A stretch of 64,000 nucleotides of DNA, from contig JBAZOO010000010.1 of the NCBI GenBank assembly GCA_041648735.1, forward strand, positions 6,530-70,529, in the 5' to 3' direction. The notes beneath the pieces are model-generated. The model was not told where the DNA came from. It saw only the letters and a program-made list of their open reading frames with translations, and made no database searches. The translations under genes and the position numbers were made by a program. Positions 27,146 to 36,411 of this stretch are shown here, in pieces. The first letter of the stretch is position 1, and the number at the start of each line of letters is the position of its first letter. This DNA comes from Lentisphaeria bacterium. GTDB taxonomy: Bacteria; Verrucomicrobiota; Lentisphaeria; Oligosphaerales; CAITYL01.

Positions 27146-28290
27146 TGGCAGGGGAAGAGGCGGCGCGCCGCCGTCGCGAAGTCGGACTCCGGGTTGCCGC
27201 TGGACCACTCGGCGGCCTGCTGCGCCAGGAAAATCCGGATTTGCCCATGCTCGACCTCCAGCTTCGTCTTGAAGGCGCCGGTGTGGCCAAAGACCGTCCC
27301 GTCGCTGCCATTGATCCCAAGGCCATACTGGTTGGGAAGCGCCGCCCCGGTCTGCTTGATCGTCATCTCGTGGACCGCCTCGGGCGAAAGGCAGCGCCTG
27401 CCATCGAGGGTTCCGCCGTTGGCCAGCATCTGGGCGAAGCGGCAGAGGTCGCGCGCCGTCGAGAAGAGTCCACCCCCAGGCGCCGGATGGCGGTTTTGGC
27501 CGTCAAGCGGATAGGTCAGGAAATGGATCGGCGCCTCGACGAGCCCCTTTTTGTCCTTTGCCGCCTTGTAGCTCTTGGCGAGGCGCTTGAGCTGTTCGGC
27601 AGAGGGGCGGAAGGTCGTGTCCACCATTCCCAGGGGGGTGAAGAGCCGCTCCTGCAAGAACTGTTCGTAGGGCATTCCGCTGACGATCTCGATGATCCGC
27701 CCGGCGGCATCGATCCCCTCGTTGGAATAAAGGAACTTCGTCCCCGGTTCGAAGAGCAGCGGCTCCAGCAGGGCATGCGCCACCGAGGTTTCCAGGGGGA
27801 CTGAATCAATGATCTGGCGATCCTTGCTGTTGAGGAAACGGAGGCCGCTGGTGTGCGAGAGGATTTCCCGGATCCGGATCGGCTGGCTGGGCGGCGCCAG
27901 GGTGCCATCGGCTTGGGCCACTTTCACTTCCGCGAAGGCGGGGATGTATTTCGCGACCGGGTCGTCGAGCCGCACCTTCCCTTCGTCAACCAGCATCATC
28001 AAGGCGGCGGCGGTGACCGGCTTGCTGATGGAGGCAATCCAGAAGAGGTTGTCGGCCCGCATCGGCGTCCGCGCCGTGAGGTCGGAATAGCCGAACGCTT
28101 CGAGGGCTAGGACCTTCTCCCGGTCGGCGACCAGGATCACCGCCCCCGCCATCACCTGCCCCTCCACATAATGCTGGAGCTTTGGGGCAATGGCGGGCCT
28201 GGGCGGGCCTTCGCCGCCCCGGACGGCCGGGGTCAGGCAGAGGTGAAGCCCCAAGGCGGCAAGGGCAAGGAAAAAGCAGCGTTTGGCCAT
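27112..28290 (-). CDS. Serine hydrolase, class-C beta-lactamase / DD-peptidase family
   Basis: It has a signal peptide. The motifs are ASISKP (SxxK), LYSNEG (YxN) and GHTGAF (HTG). Confidence 0.85.
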   Translation of the reverse strand: MAKRCFFLALAALGLHLCLTPAVRGGEGPPRPAIAPKLQHYVEGQVMAGAVILVADREKVLALEAFGYSDLTARTPMRADNLFWIASISKPVTAAALMMLVDEGKVRLDDPVAKYIPAFAEVKVAQADGTLAPPSQPIRIREILSHTSGLRFLNSKDRQIIDSVPLETSVAHALLEPLLFEPGTKFLYSNEGIDAAGRIIEIVSGMPYEQFLQERLFTPLGMVDTTFRPSAEQLKRLAKSYKAAKDKKGLVEAPIHFLTYPLDGQNRHPAPGGGLFSTARDLCRFAQMLANGGTLDGRRCLSPEAVHEMTIKQTGAALPNQYGLGINGSDGTVFGHTGAFKTKLEVEHGQIRIFLAQQAAEWSSGNPESDFATAARRLFPCQPPCGLAGFRK

Positions 28291-28375
28291 CGGCCGGTTC
28301 TCCAGTCCTTCGGTTGTTGGCGGGAAATGGGACGAAAGGGTACAGGCGGCCTCAAGATGGCCATCCTGTCGCGGT

Positions 28376-29752
28376 TCAACCTTCGCAATTGGCCGTTGTC
28401 GCCCGAACCACTAGGGAGCGGGTGAAAGGGGGGAGCAGGATTTCCGTGCCGTGGGCGACGAGGGAGTGCCATTGGCCGGTCCACGGGTCATAGGCTGTGA
28501 GCTTGGCCTGGGCCAGCCAGCCGGCGTCCCGGCCGGGTTGCCAGCGGGCGCCGTGGATCGGCTGGGCTGGGTGGCCCTGCTCCAGTTCGCGTGTCCAGTC
28601 GCTGGCGGCATCGCGAATCCAGGCGGTCAGCAGTTCCGGGCCGGCGAGCTGGTAGACCCGCAACCCGGGCAGGTCGCGGCGTTCCGGCTGGAGCGCCGCC
28701 GCCGCGGGATCCAGCCCCGCCACGGCCTCGGCAAAGCGCCCCAGATGCCACCAGAGCCCGTGGCGGTCAATGTAGTGGTGGTCCCAGTGCCAGCACTGGC
28801 CAGCGCCGCAGGCACCGGCAAAGAAGGGGGCGAAGAGCACGTCGTGCAGGATGGTGCCCGCGGTGTCGCGGGCGTAGAGATGGGAAGGGGCGGCGTGGCG
28901 GGCCTCGACCGCGCCGGACTCGGCCAGCAGCACCGGCCGCGGCTCGCCGGGCATCTCCCGGAGCCGGGCGACGGCGTCGGCACAGGCGAGGTCGAGCGGC
29001 CCGCGGACGACCGCCAGCTCCGCGCCAGGATCCAGGTAGCGATGAACCTGGGCGACGCGGTTTCCAGGCAGGCCAATGGCGGCGGCGTACTGCTGGAGGG
29101 CCGCCGCGCTGTCCAAGCTGCCGAAGCTCTGCATGACCAGTTGCGGCAGCCGCCGCGCCGCCGCCGGCAGCATCCGCCGGATCCAGGCCAGCCAATCACC
29201 CTCAACCGCATTGACTTCGTTCCACAGCTCCCAACCCCAGATTACGCCGTCGCCGCCGGCCAGTTGGGCGAACCACTCCAAGCGGCGCAGGTAGTGGGCG
29301 CCGCCAGCGGCGCCCGCGAGGTAGTCGGCCATGCACTCGGCCGGCCCGCCGGCGGCGATGGCCCACGCCGGCTTGTCGAACCAGATCGCCCCCGGGAAGA
29401 TCTCCGCCCGCTTGGCGGCCTGGATGGTGCGAACGTGCTCCAGGCAGAGCTTCAGGCGCACCCCCCGCCGCCGGGCCCGGTCCAGCAGCGCCCGGAAACG
29501 TTCGCCGCTGGCGGGGTCGAACTCGCCGACCCGGTGCGGTTCCGGATCAAACAGGGGATGCGACAGCCAGACGCGGGCGCAGTTGCCGCCGTTCTCCGCG
29601 ATCCGGTCGAGCCACCCCAACTGCCGGCGGAGCGCCGTCTCGGGATCGGACTCGTCGCGCACAAAGCTGACGTTCACGCCAATCGGCAGCCACGTGCGGT
29701 TCCCACAGGCCAGCCAACGGGGGAAGCGGGGATGGATGCCAACAAGTTCCAT
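28376..29752 (-). CDS. Glycoside hydrolase, clan GH-A (GH5-like), apparently cytoplasmic
   Basis: The ATG at 29752 gives MELVGIHPRFPRWL (an alternative ATG lies at 29773). The motifs are GNCARVWLSH, WELWNEVN (acid/base) and VLLAESG (nucleophile candidate). No signal peptide is seen. The upstream 90 codons in the ORF track are rejected. Confidence 0.7.
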   Translation of the reverse strand: MELVGIHPRFPRWLACGNRTWLPIGVNVSFVRDESDPETALRRQLGWLDRIAENGGNCARVWLSHPLFDPEPHRVGEFDPASGERFRALLDRARRRGVRLKLCLEHVRTIQAAKRAEIFPGAIWFDKPAWAIAAGGPAECMADYLAGAAGGAHYLRRLEWFAQLAGGDGVIWGWELWNEVNAVEGDWLAWIRRMLPAAARRLPQLVMQSFGSLDSAAALQQYAAAIGLPGNRVAQVHRYLDPGAELAVVRGPLDLACADAVARLREMPGEPRPVLLAESGAVEARHAAPSHLYARDTAGTILHDVLFAPFFAGACGAGQCWHWDHHYIDRHGLWWHLGRFAEAVAGLDPAAAALQPERRDLPGLRVYQLAGPELLTAWIRDAASDWTRELEQGHPAQPIHGARWQPGRDAGWLAQAKLTAYDPWTGQWHSLVAHGTEILLPPFTRSLVVRATTANCEG

Positions 29753-30105
29753 GGCAGGAAATCTTCTTCTCATTTGCTGCCATCCCCCAGCCCGCGAAAA
29801 AGGTGCAGGCGCCGGCCATGAAGCGTCGTTTTTCTTATTTGTCTTTCTCTGTGGTTTTCCCCGGCTAATCGCCGAAGGTTTTTTGCAACAGGCTTGTCCC
29901 AAGGCCGACATTGTCTTGGATTTGCGTGGCCGGGACGGGGAAAGAAGAAGGCGCAATCCATTTGCGGCCACAAGGCCACGGCGAAAAGCGCGCCCGTGGC
30001 TACCAACCCTGGCCGCGTTGCGGCCCAAACTTGAACGTCAACCCACACAAACCCCGGCAGCGCCGATAAAAATCGGCATCACCCAGTAAAATTGGCGAAG
30101 ACCCA

Positions 30106-32055
30106 TTATTTCCTGCTCCGTGTCACGGAAAGGATACAGGCATCGTTTCCGTTCAAAGTCACGGCGAGGCCCTCTCGCTCCATCTCCGCCTCGCCATGCA
30201 GCACCTGTTTGAGCTTCCAGCCGTGGCCGAGAATCAGGTCCTCTCGCACCGGATGGGGCGAGTGGTTGACGATCACCATGATCCGGTTTGAAGCATCCTG
30301 GCAGTGTTCCGTCAGGCCGATCAGCGGATTCGTTTTCCGCACGGCCCGGCGTTCCAGAAAAGCCTCGGCGATGTGCCGATATACCCGCCAGCACGGGGAG
30401 GCCGATTCGGAATGGAATGCGCCGGGCGTTGTTGCAAGAGTCATCTCCATGGGCACAGCCAGAAAGTAAACACGGCCCTTGCCATACGAGGCCACCGTGA
30501 AGGCGGGATTGCCGCCGGCCTCGCGCCCAAGCACGGTCGCCCGCGTGGCGCGGAAGTCAACCTTGAACGTCCCGCTGTTCGGTATGGAGGTCAATCCGGC
30601 GATTCCCTCAACCGTGATCTCCCCCGGATCACGCCCCCGCTGCCGGGTCTGAGGTTCGAGTCCGGTCAACGCTTCAAAGCCGTCGGGCAACCCGTCATCG
30701 AGCGACACATACAGCGTGGCTCCCGCCTCGACCCTGGCAAGCAGACCGAGAGTGCGGCGGCGGGAAATCATCAAGTGTCCCGCGAGGCAGGGAAGCAGGT
30801 AGAACGGCGCGTCTTTGAGCGGCTGCGAGGCATGCTGGAATTCCAAATCGAACCCGGCCTGCTTGGCGAGGATGAAAGCGCTGTATGCCACGCCCCAGTT
30901 GTCCTGTCCTTCCGTGAGAAGGCAGACGGCTTCCCGGGTCCTTGGCGGCAGGTGCGTGAAAGGCAGACCGTCGAGCATCCGCCGGAAGGCGCCGATCTCC
31001 TTCAAGACCGGCTTGGCCCGCCCGTCAATGCGAAGGAGGCCGAGTTCCCTCTCCACGGTGCACCAGTCATAGGGCGCGTGCTCCAGGTGGGTCTGATCCG
31101 AGGCGCACCACCAGAGCAGTCCGTGGCAATCATTGGCCCAGAGGGAAAACAGGGCGGCCCGGAGAAAGTCCGCCGCGATCTTCTCGCTCGAGATCATCGT
31201 GCCCAGCGTGCCAATCTCCTCGCAGAGGCAGGGCTTGCCGCCGAGGTCGGCATAGAAGCGGCATTCCGCGGTGCCGTGCAGAATGGTGCGCACCGTATTC
31301 AAGGGATCCTGGTCGCAGTGCGGGGTAAACACCGGATAAGGATGCACCGTGAGCAGATCGGTGAGTTCACCTTGGTCGAAGGGGGTCCAGTTGCCAGACG
31401 GAGACAGGCTGTGCAGGCCGGAGACCACGGGACGCGTGTCGTCGGCGGCGCGGATCGTCTGGGTGATCAGCGCGGTCCAGGCATAGGCCTGGTCCCGCGA
31501 GGCCTGCCCCATGCAGTTGCATTCGTTGCCCAAGTCCCAGGCCAGGACCGCGGGATGGTGCTTGAACGCGCTCACGAAATGACGCACGAAGCGAACCTGC
31601 CAGCGGAGCGCCGTGGGATCCGTCAGCACTTGGAGGCCGTCGAACGCCGGAGGAACAAAAAGGCGGCCGCTCATCCAGCCCGTGAGCAGCCCGACGATGC
31701 CGCGAAGCTCCTGTGCCGCCAGCAGGTCGAGACACTCGGCGAAACGTTCCATCATGGCACCGGACATGCCCGCCTGGCCGCAGGGATCGTCGGGCAGGGG
31801 CGCTTCACCGTGCCGGAACTCGACCGGTCCCTGTCCGGTCCGCAGCAACGTCAGCGGCTGGAAATCCGGCCACAGGGGAAACACGCGCAAAACCTGGACC
31901 CCGTCCCGCCGGAGCCGCTGGAGATCCTTCTTCACCACGTCCGGCCGCCAGTCCTGCCACATGCGCGTGCCGGCGTGTGAGGCCCAATAATTGCACCCCA
32001 CGACAAATCCTCCGGCCTGAAGCCAGTCCTGTCCATGAAGCGTCGTTTTTCTCAT
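30106..32055 (-). CDS. Glycoside hydrolase, clan GH-A (GH42/GH5-like beta-galactosidase/glycanase architecture)
   Basis: The ATG at 32055 gives MRKTTLHGQDWLQAGGFVVGCNYWAS. The motifs are VLRVFPLWPDFQP, WDLGNECN (acid/base) and LCEEIGT (nucleophile candidate). C-terminal beta domains follow. The N-terminal 51 codons of ORF 30106..32208 belong to an ISL3 remnant. Confidence 0.75.
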   Translation of the reverse strand: MRKTTLHGQDWLQAGGFVVGCNYWASHAGTRMWQDWRPDVVKKDLQRLRRDGVQVLRVFPLWPDFQPLTLLRTGQGPVEFRHGEAPLPDDPCGQAGMSGAMMERFAECLDLLAAQELRGIVGLLTGWMSGRLFVPPAFDGLQVLTDPTALRWQVRFVRHFVSAFKHHPAVLAWDLGNECNCMGQASRDQAYAWTALITQTIRAADDTRPVVSGLHSLSPSGNWTPFDQGELTDLLTVHPYPVFTPHCDQDPLNTVRTILHGTAECRFYADLGGKPCLCEEIGTLGTMISSEKIAADFLRAALFSLWANDCHGLLWWCASDQTHLEHAPYDWCTVERELGLLRIDGRAKPVLKEIGAFRRMLDGLPFTHLPPRTREAVCLLTEGQDNWGVAYSAFILAKQAGFDLEFQHASQPLKDAPFYLLPCLAGHLMISRRRTLGLLARVEAGATLYVSLDDGLPDGFEALTGLEPQTRQRGRDPGEITVEGIAGLTSIPNSGTFKVDFRATRATVLGREAGGNPAFTVASYGKGRVYFLAVPMEMTLATTPGAFHSESASPCWRVYRHIAEAFLERRAVRKTNPLIGLTEHCQDASNRIMVIVNHSPHPVREDLILGHGWKLKQVLHGEAEMEREGLAVTLNGNDACILSVTRSRK

Positions 32056-32059
32056 TTGT

Positions 32060-32402
32060 CTTTCTCTGACCCCACGGACGGGACAGTTGATGCGCGGGAC
32101 GTGCGCCGTCAGGCGAGTCTCGAACTGCATCGTGTCCAGATGCCGCCAACTGCGTTCTTCGGGATGGTCGTAAACTAAACCGGACAGTCCCGGCCGCACT
32201 CCGGACAAGGAAGTCCGACACCTTCGTCACGCACCAGCCGGATCTCCACCAGCCGGCCGGCAATGTCGAGACGCACTTCCGCAACCCGCCAGGGCTTGGA
32301 AAGCCCCAACAGTTGCCCATGATGTTCGGCCAAAGTCATCTTTTCCGTAGTCCGGAAATTGGTCGCCTGAAAACATTGCCCCCTAAAATTGGCGAAGAAC
32401 CC
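32060..32402 (-). mobile_element. ISL3-family IS remnant: inverted repeat (GGGTTCTTCGCCAATTTT) plus ~90 N-terminal transposase codons with one frameshift
   Basis: The transposase N-terminus is MTLAEHHGQLLGLSKPWRVAEVRLDIAGRLVEIRLVRDEGVGLPCPECGRDCPV. After a frameshift it reads YDHPEERSWRHLDTMQFETRLTAHVPRINCPVRGV. This matches the zf-ISL3 region (CP.CG ... R.WRHLD...F.T.L...VPR..C). The inverted-repeat-like end is at 32385..32402. The catalytic domain is absent. Confidence 0.75.
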
Positions 32403-32467
32403 ATCTTTGGAGGGGGGGCGCGAAAGCCTCCCCCTCCAGCCTTGGCCTTGGCCGGCGCTGCCGCCCG

Positions 32468-34015
32468 TCAGCCGTTCCGCCGCCGGCGGAGCAGGCCGAC
32501 GCCACCGAGGCAGAGCAGCGCCAGGGCCGCCGGCTCCGGCACGACCTGGATGGCCAGGTCGTTGCCGCCGGTGAAGCCGGTGCTGTAGTCCGCCAGGTAG
32601 GTGATCTGCCACTGCCGCGAGTTCCAAGAGAAGAGGCTGCCCTCGCTCAGGGTGGTGGCGGTGCCGTTGAGCTTGGTGAACTCGCCGACGATGGCATCCG
32701 CAAGATTATTGCTGATGAGGTAGAAGATGTCGCCCAGCTCGGCGTTGTCCAGCCCCGAGTAGAGCGTCAGCTTCAGGTCGGCGCCGTCGCTGAACGTGAC
32801 CGTGCCGGTGACGTTGGTGCGGTCGCTGGTCGGCGTGGTGCCGCTGCGGCCCAGCTCGACGTCCAGCGCGCCGGTCGCGCCGATGGCGAGGTTGCCGGTG
32901 CTGATCGTGCCGATGCTGTTGCCGGGGGCCAGGCTGCCGTTGACGGTGACTGTGCCGCTGATGGTGCCGGTGCCGCCAAGGGTCGCGCCGCTGTTGACCG
33001 TCACCGCGCCCGTGCCGGTGCCGCTGCCCGTGGTGTTGCTCACCAAGATCTTTCCAGCGGCGACCGTGGTGCCGCCCGTGTAGGTGTTGGCTCCCCCAAG
33101 CGTCAATGTGCCAGAACCGTCCTTGATAAGTGCCCCGTTGGTATATCCAGTGTGTTTAACCACGCCGCCTAACGTCAGGGTGTTATTCACGATCAGCGTA
33201 GTGGTCGCACTGTTGGCATTGAGCAATGTCACCGCGCCATTGAAGGTCAGATCCGACCCAGTGAAGGTGGTGCTCTGGCTCGTCTGACCCCTTGCAAAGG
33301 TCAAGGCATTGGTTAGCGTGAGCGCCCCGCCGCTGGAGTTGGTGATGGTTTGATTGTTGGAACCCGCGCCTGTGGAAATCTGGAAGATGCCGGTTCCAAG
33401 GGCGGTGGCGCTGCCAATGTTCACCGAATTAGCCGAGGACGCCACGACGACGCCTCCCGCAAAGCTGTTGTTGCCACTGAAAGTATAAACTCCGCCGTTC
33501 TGCATATAAATCTGCGCGGCCCCCGAAATATCCCCCGAAAGGATAAAGTTGGAGGTGGCGGAATTCCCGTAGAAATAGCTGATCCCGCCGCTGGTCGGAG
33601 CCAGGATGAGATCGGCGCTGACGGTTTCCGTCTGACCTGCGGAAAACCCATAGAACGCTGGCCTCGGGTTGGTGCTGTTTGCGTTGCTGGTGAGCGTGAT
33701 CGCAAACCCGCCGATCGATGAGACGATATGGGTGCCGGTGCTAAAAGCCAATCCGCCGATGGTGATGGCAGCCGTCACATCCGAGTTCAGCGTTCCCGAG
33801 GTATTGCTGAAGAATCCGATGTCGGACGAACCGGGCAGCGTGCCATTCTGCCAGTTGGTGTTGAGATTGAAGTCAGTCGTCGTGGTGGTTGAACCTGTGC
33901 CCTGCCAATTGAGATCTGCCGCCCGCGCCGAACCGGCGGCCAGAAGCAAGGCGGCGGTCAAAACCGGGGTTGTCCTGCTGATCGGCGCGACTTGGGTCAT
34001 CACTTTCTTCATCAT
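32468..34015 (-). CDS. PEP-CTERM surface protein with autotransporter-associated beta-strand repeats
   Basis: The ATG at 34015 follows aaggag. The signal is MMKKVMTQVAPISRTTPVLTAALLLAAGSARA. Repeats of the GGANTYTGGTTV / GSGTLTL type are present. The C-terminus is VPEPAALALLCLGGVGLLRRRRNG. Confidence 0.85.
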   Translation of the reverse strand: MMKKVMTQVAPISRTTPVLTAALLLAAGSARAADLNWQGTGSTTTTTDFNLNTNWQNGTLPGSSDIGFFSNTSGTLNSDVTAAITIGGLAFSTGTHIVSSIGGFAITLTSNANSTNPRPAFYGFSAGQTETVSADLILAPTSGGISYFYGNSATSNFILSGDISGAAQIYMQNGGVYTFSGNNSFAGGVVVASSANSVNIGSATALGTGIFQISTGAGSNNQTITNSSGGALTLTNALTFARGQTSQSTTFTGSDLTFNGAVTLLNANSATTTLIVNNTLTLGGVVKHTGYTNGALIKDGSGTLTLGGANTYTGGTTVAAGKILVSNTTGSGTGTGAVTVNSGATLGGTGTISGTVTVNGSLAPGNSIGTISTGNLAIGATGALDVELGRSGTTPTSDRTNVTGTVTFSDGADLKLTLYSGLDNAELGDIFYLISNNLADAIVGEFTKLNGTATTLSEGSLFSWNSRQWQITYLADYSTGFTGGNDLAIQVVPEPAALALLCLGGVGLLRRRRNG

Positions 34016-34187
34016 CTTCAGCTCCTTCTGTTTCTTGACACGTTCCGAGGGGACCAACAACACAGCTTCTCCGATTGCCTCCGGCTCAGCCGTCATTCCA
34101 TCTCCCTTCGTCTCCTTGTCGCTGGGAGTTTTTTTGCCTTCCCATGCCGGGCCGGACGGTAGGTGGGGGAGGCGTGGACAGTGGTTC

Positions 34188-34272
34188 CATTGCCCTTGAC
34201 TATAGGCTTGACGCCGGCTCTCCACAATTCCCATTTCCGGCTATTTGTTCTGGAAACCGGCCAACCCGCGCG
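34188..34272 (-). promoter_or_regulatory. Conserved promoter module, copy 2 (-35 TTGTGG, 17-bp spacer, -10 TATAGT, plus the upstream conserved block)
   Basis: The minus strand reads ttggccggtttccagaacaaatagccggaaatgggaattgtggagagccggcgtcaagcctatagtcaagggcaatgg. It lies ~175 nt upstream of the start of 32468..34015. Confidence 0.5.
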
Positions 34273-34392
34273 CGGGGGGGCTCACGGCGGCCACGGAACC
34301 CACGGAGAAAACCTTCTCCAGCCGCGATCTCCGCGGCCGCCGTGCGAAAACCAACCCCCGTGCTTGGGGGATGGGGCGGGCGCGTTGCCGCG

Positions 34393-35382
34393 TCACCCCT
34401 CTTTCCAGTCGAAGAGGATGCCCATGGTTTCGCCGCGCTTTTCGTTGGCGAGGCGGTAGGCCTCCACGCACTGTCCGGGGCGGAAGGCGTGGGTGTTCAG
34501 GCCGGCGAGGGAGAAGCGCCCGGCCTTGACCAGGGCGAAGAACAGGTTCGAGATGTGCCGGTAATTCCATTCGGCCGTTTCATGGGAGTCATGGGCGGCG
34601 ACAATGGTCAGCCCCTTGGACATCACGTCCGAACTCAGCCGCTGGCTGGCCGGGCTGCCAGTGTCGCCGAGGATGACGACCCGGCCGAACTTGCGGGCGG
34701 CGCGGAGGGCGTCGGTGAACACCTGGTGGTGGCCGGTGCTGTCAATGACCGTCGCCGGCCCTTCGCCGCCACAAATCCGGTTGATCTCCTCGATCGCCTC
34801 CCCCAGCGGCTTGACGATGCCGTGGCTCGCCCCGCCGCGGGTGGCCATCCCGATCCGCATCGGGACGGTGTCCACGGCAATCACCGGCTGCGCCCCGGCG
34901 GCCACGCACCAGCGGACGGCCATCTGCCCGATCGGGCCGGCGCCGGCCACGACCACGCCCTTCCCGAGGCCGAGGCCGGCGACCCGCGCCCCCATCGCGC
35001 TGATCTTCGCGAGTTTGAACCACGCCGCCTCCCCGTCGGCAACCTCCGCCGGGACCTGGATGCATTCCGCCTCGGCCACGACGTGGGCGGAGGCGTGCCC
35101 CATCCGGACGGCCACGCGGTCGCCAGCCTTCACCGCCGTGACGCCGCTCCCGACTTTTTCCACGACGCCGCAGGCGGTGTAGCCGGGATGGAACGGATAT
35201 TTCACCCAGTTGTCCCAGTGCGTGCCGGGATCGAAGTTGCGGTTGAAGACGATGTTCTCGGTGCCGGTGCTCATCAGGCTGGCCAGGGTCCGGACCGTCA
35301 CCTCCCCGGCCTGGGGCTCCGGCAGCTCGAAGGTTTCAAGGCTGACCTGGCATTTCCCCGTGAAGACAAGGCGCTTTTCCAT
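34393..35382 (-). CDS. Zinc-type medium-chain dehydrogenase/reductase (sugar-alcohol/threonine dehydrogenase-like)
   Basis: It has a GroES-like N-terminal domain (HPGYTACGVVEKVG) and a Rossmann motif VVAGAGPIGQMAV. It is divergent from an AraC regulator. Confidence 0.8.
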   Translation of the reverse strand: MEKRLVFTGKCQVSLETFELPEPQAGEVTVRTLASLMSTGTENIVFNRNFDPGTHWDNWVKYPFHPGYTACGVVEKVGSGVTAVKAGDRVAVRMGHASAHVVAEAECIQVPAEVADGEAAWFKLAKISAMGARVAGLGLGKGVVVAGAGPIGQMAVRWCVAAGAQPVIAVDTVPMRIGMATRGGASHGIVKPLGEAIEEINRICGGEGPATVIDSTGHHQVFTDALRAARKFGRVVILGDTGSPASQRLSSDVMSKGLTIVAAHDSHETAEWNYRHISNLFFALVKAGRFSLAGLNTHAFRPGQCVEAYRLANEKRGETMGILFDWKEG

Positions 35383-35500
35383 GGCGCGTCCCTTTCCTGT
35401 GCCGCCGCATGTTCAATCCCGGTTTTTTACAACCGTCAAGTTAGCGCTGTCCTGGCCGCGCGCAATTTCCAAAACCGGTTCTATATTCCAGGAACCGGCT

Positions 35501-36310
35501 ATGTCTGGCCGTTCCCGGCCGGAGCCGGAACCGGAAGCCGCGCCGATGCCGCCGCCCCCCGCCGAATTCGTGCTCATCTATCAGCAGCGGATGAAGTCCG
35601 GCTACTACTGCCCGCTGCACACCCACGCCCACTTCGAGCTGGTGTTCCATCCTTCCGGCAAAGGGACGACCCGGCTGGCCGGGGGAACCAGCCTCGCCTT
35701 CGGGCCGGGCGACATCGTCCTCTATGCGCCGGGCGAGGCGCATGACCAGAGCATGGAGACCGACGGGGTTGACCACTGCATCCAGTTCCGCGTCCCGGAT
35801 GCGGAACTCGCGGCGAAGGTCGGCGGCCACCACCTGGTCCGGAACATCCGCTCCCGCGCCGTGCTCAAGGAGCTGGAGGAGCTGACCCACTGGCAGGAGG
35901 AGGACTCGGCCGCCGCCAAGGACCTGCGGCTCTCCGCGCTGCTGCTCTCCCTGCTCTGGGAGGCGGACCACAAGGATCCGGCCGCCCCCGACCCCGGGTT
36001 CCATTTCGCCAGCGCGGCGCGGCAGATCCTGGCCACCGAACTCGACGCGCCGCCACCGGTCAAGGAGATGGCCCAGCGGCTGGGAGTCAGCGGCGACTAC
36101 CTGCGCCACCTGTTCAAGAGGCATTTCGGGATCGGCATCAAGGAGTTCTCCCTGGAGAAGCGGCTGGAAAAGGCGCGGGGGCTGCTCCTCCATTCCCCGC
36201 TGCGGCTCAAGGAGATCGCCGCCGCCTGCGGCTTCGCCAACGAGCGCGCCTTCTGCACCGCCTTCAAGGCCCATGCCGGGGTGACGCCGGGGGAGTTCAA
36301 GCGCCGCTGA
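35501..36310 (+). CDS. AraC-family transcriptional regulator (cupin sensor plus HTH)
   Basis: The start is ATG 35501 (MSGRSRPEPEPE...). The cupin part reads CPLHTHAHFELVFHP. The C-terminal HTH_18 reads YLRHLFKRHFGIGIKEFSLEKRLEKARGLL...IAAACGFANERAFCTAFKAHAGVTPGEF. Confidence 0.85.
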   Translation: MSGRSRPEPEPEAAPMPPPPAEFVLIYQQRMKSGYYCPLHTHAHFELVFHPSGKGTTRLAGGTSLAFGPGDIVLYAPGEAHDQSMETDGVDHCIQFRVPDAELAAKVGGHHLVRNIRSRAVLKELEELTHWQEEDSAAAKDLRLSALLLSLLWEADHKDPAAPDPGFHFASAARQILATELDAPPPVKEMAQRLGVSGDYLRHLFKRHFGIGIKEFSLEKRLEKARGLLLHSPLRLKEIAAACGFANERAFCTAFKAHAGVTPGEFKRR

Positions 36311-36411
36311 CTGGCCCGGCCCGGAGCCCGCGGCCGCTCCCATTCCGCCATCCACCGGTTATACTTCCCTCCGCGGCGCGCCACCCTTCCCCGGCCCGCG
36401 GCAAGGTTGCC

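Noticed and set aside
28376-30028. An N-terminal extension of the GH5-like gene to 30028 (550 aa).
   Set aside because: The extra 92 residues are basic low-complexity sequence covering the 37-bp repeat and the ISL3 inverted-repeat-like region. The GH-like sequence starts at MELVGIHPRF (29752).
30106-32208. An N-terminal extension of the GH42/GH5-like gene to 32208 (700 aa).
   Set aside because: The first 51 codons (..YDHPEERSWRHLDTMQFETRLTAHVPRINCPVRGV) are the second half of an ISL3 transposase zinc-finger region. The GH begins at the ATG at 32055.
32409-32437. A GC-rich hairpin (ggaggggg..ccccctcc) downstream of the PEP-CTERM gene, and a similar one (ccccgcgg..ccgcgggg) after pal at about 44378..44410, as intrinsic terminators.
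   Set aside because: The stems are clear, but no U-tract follows on the relevant strand. I cannot support a terminator call from sequence alone.
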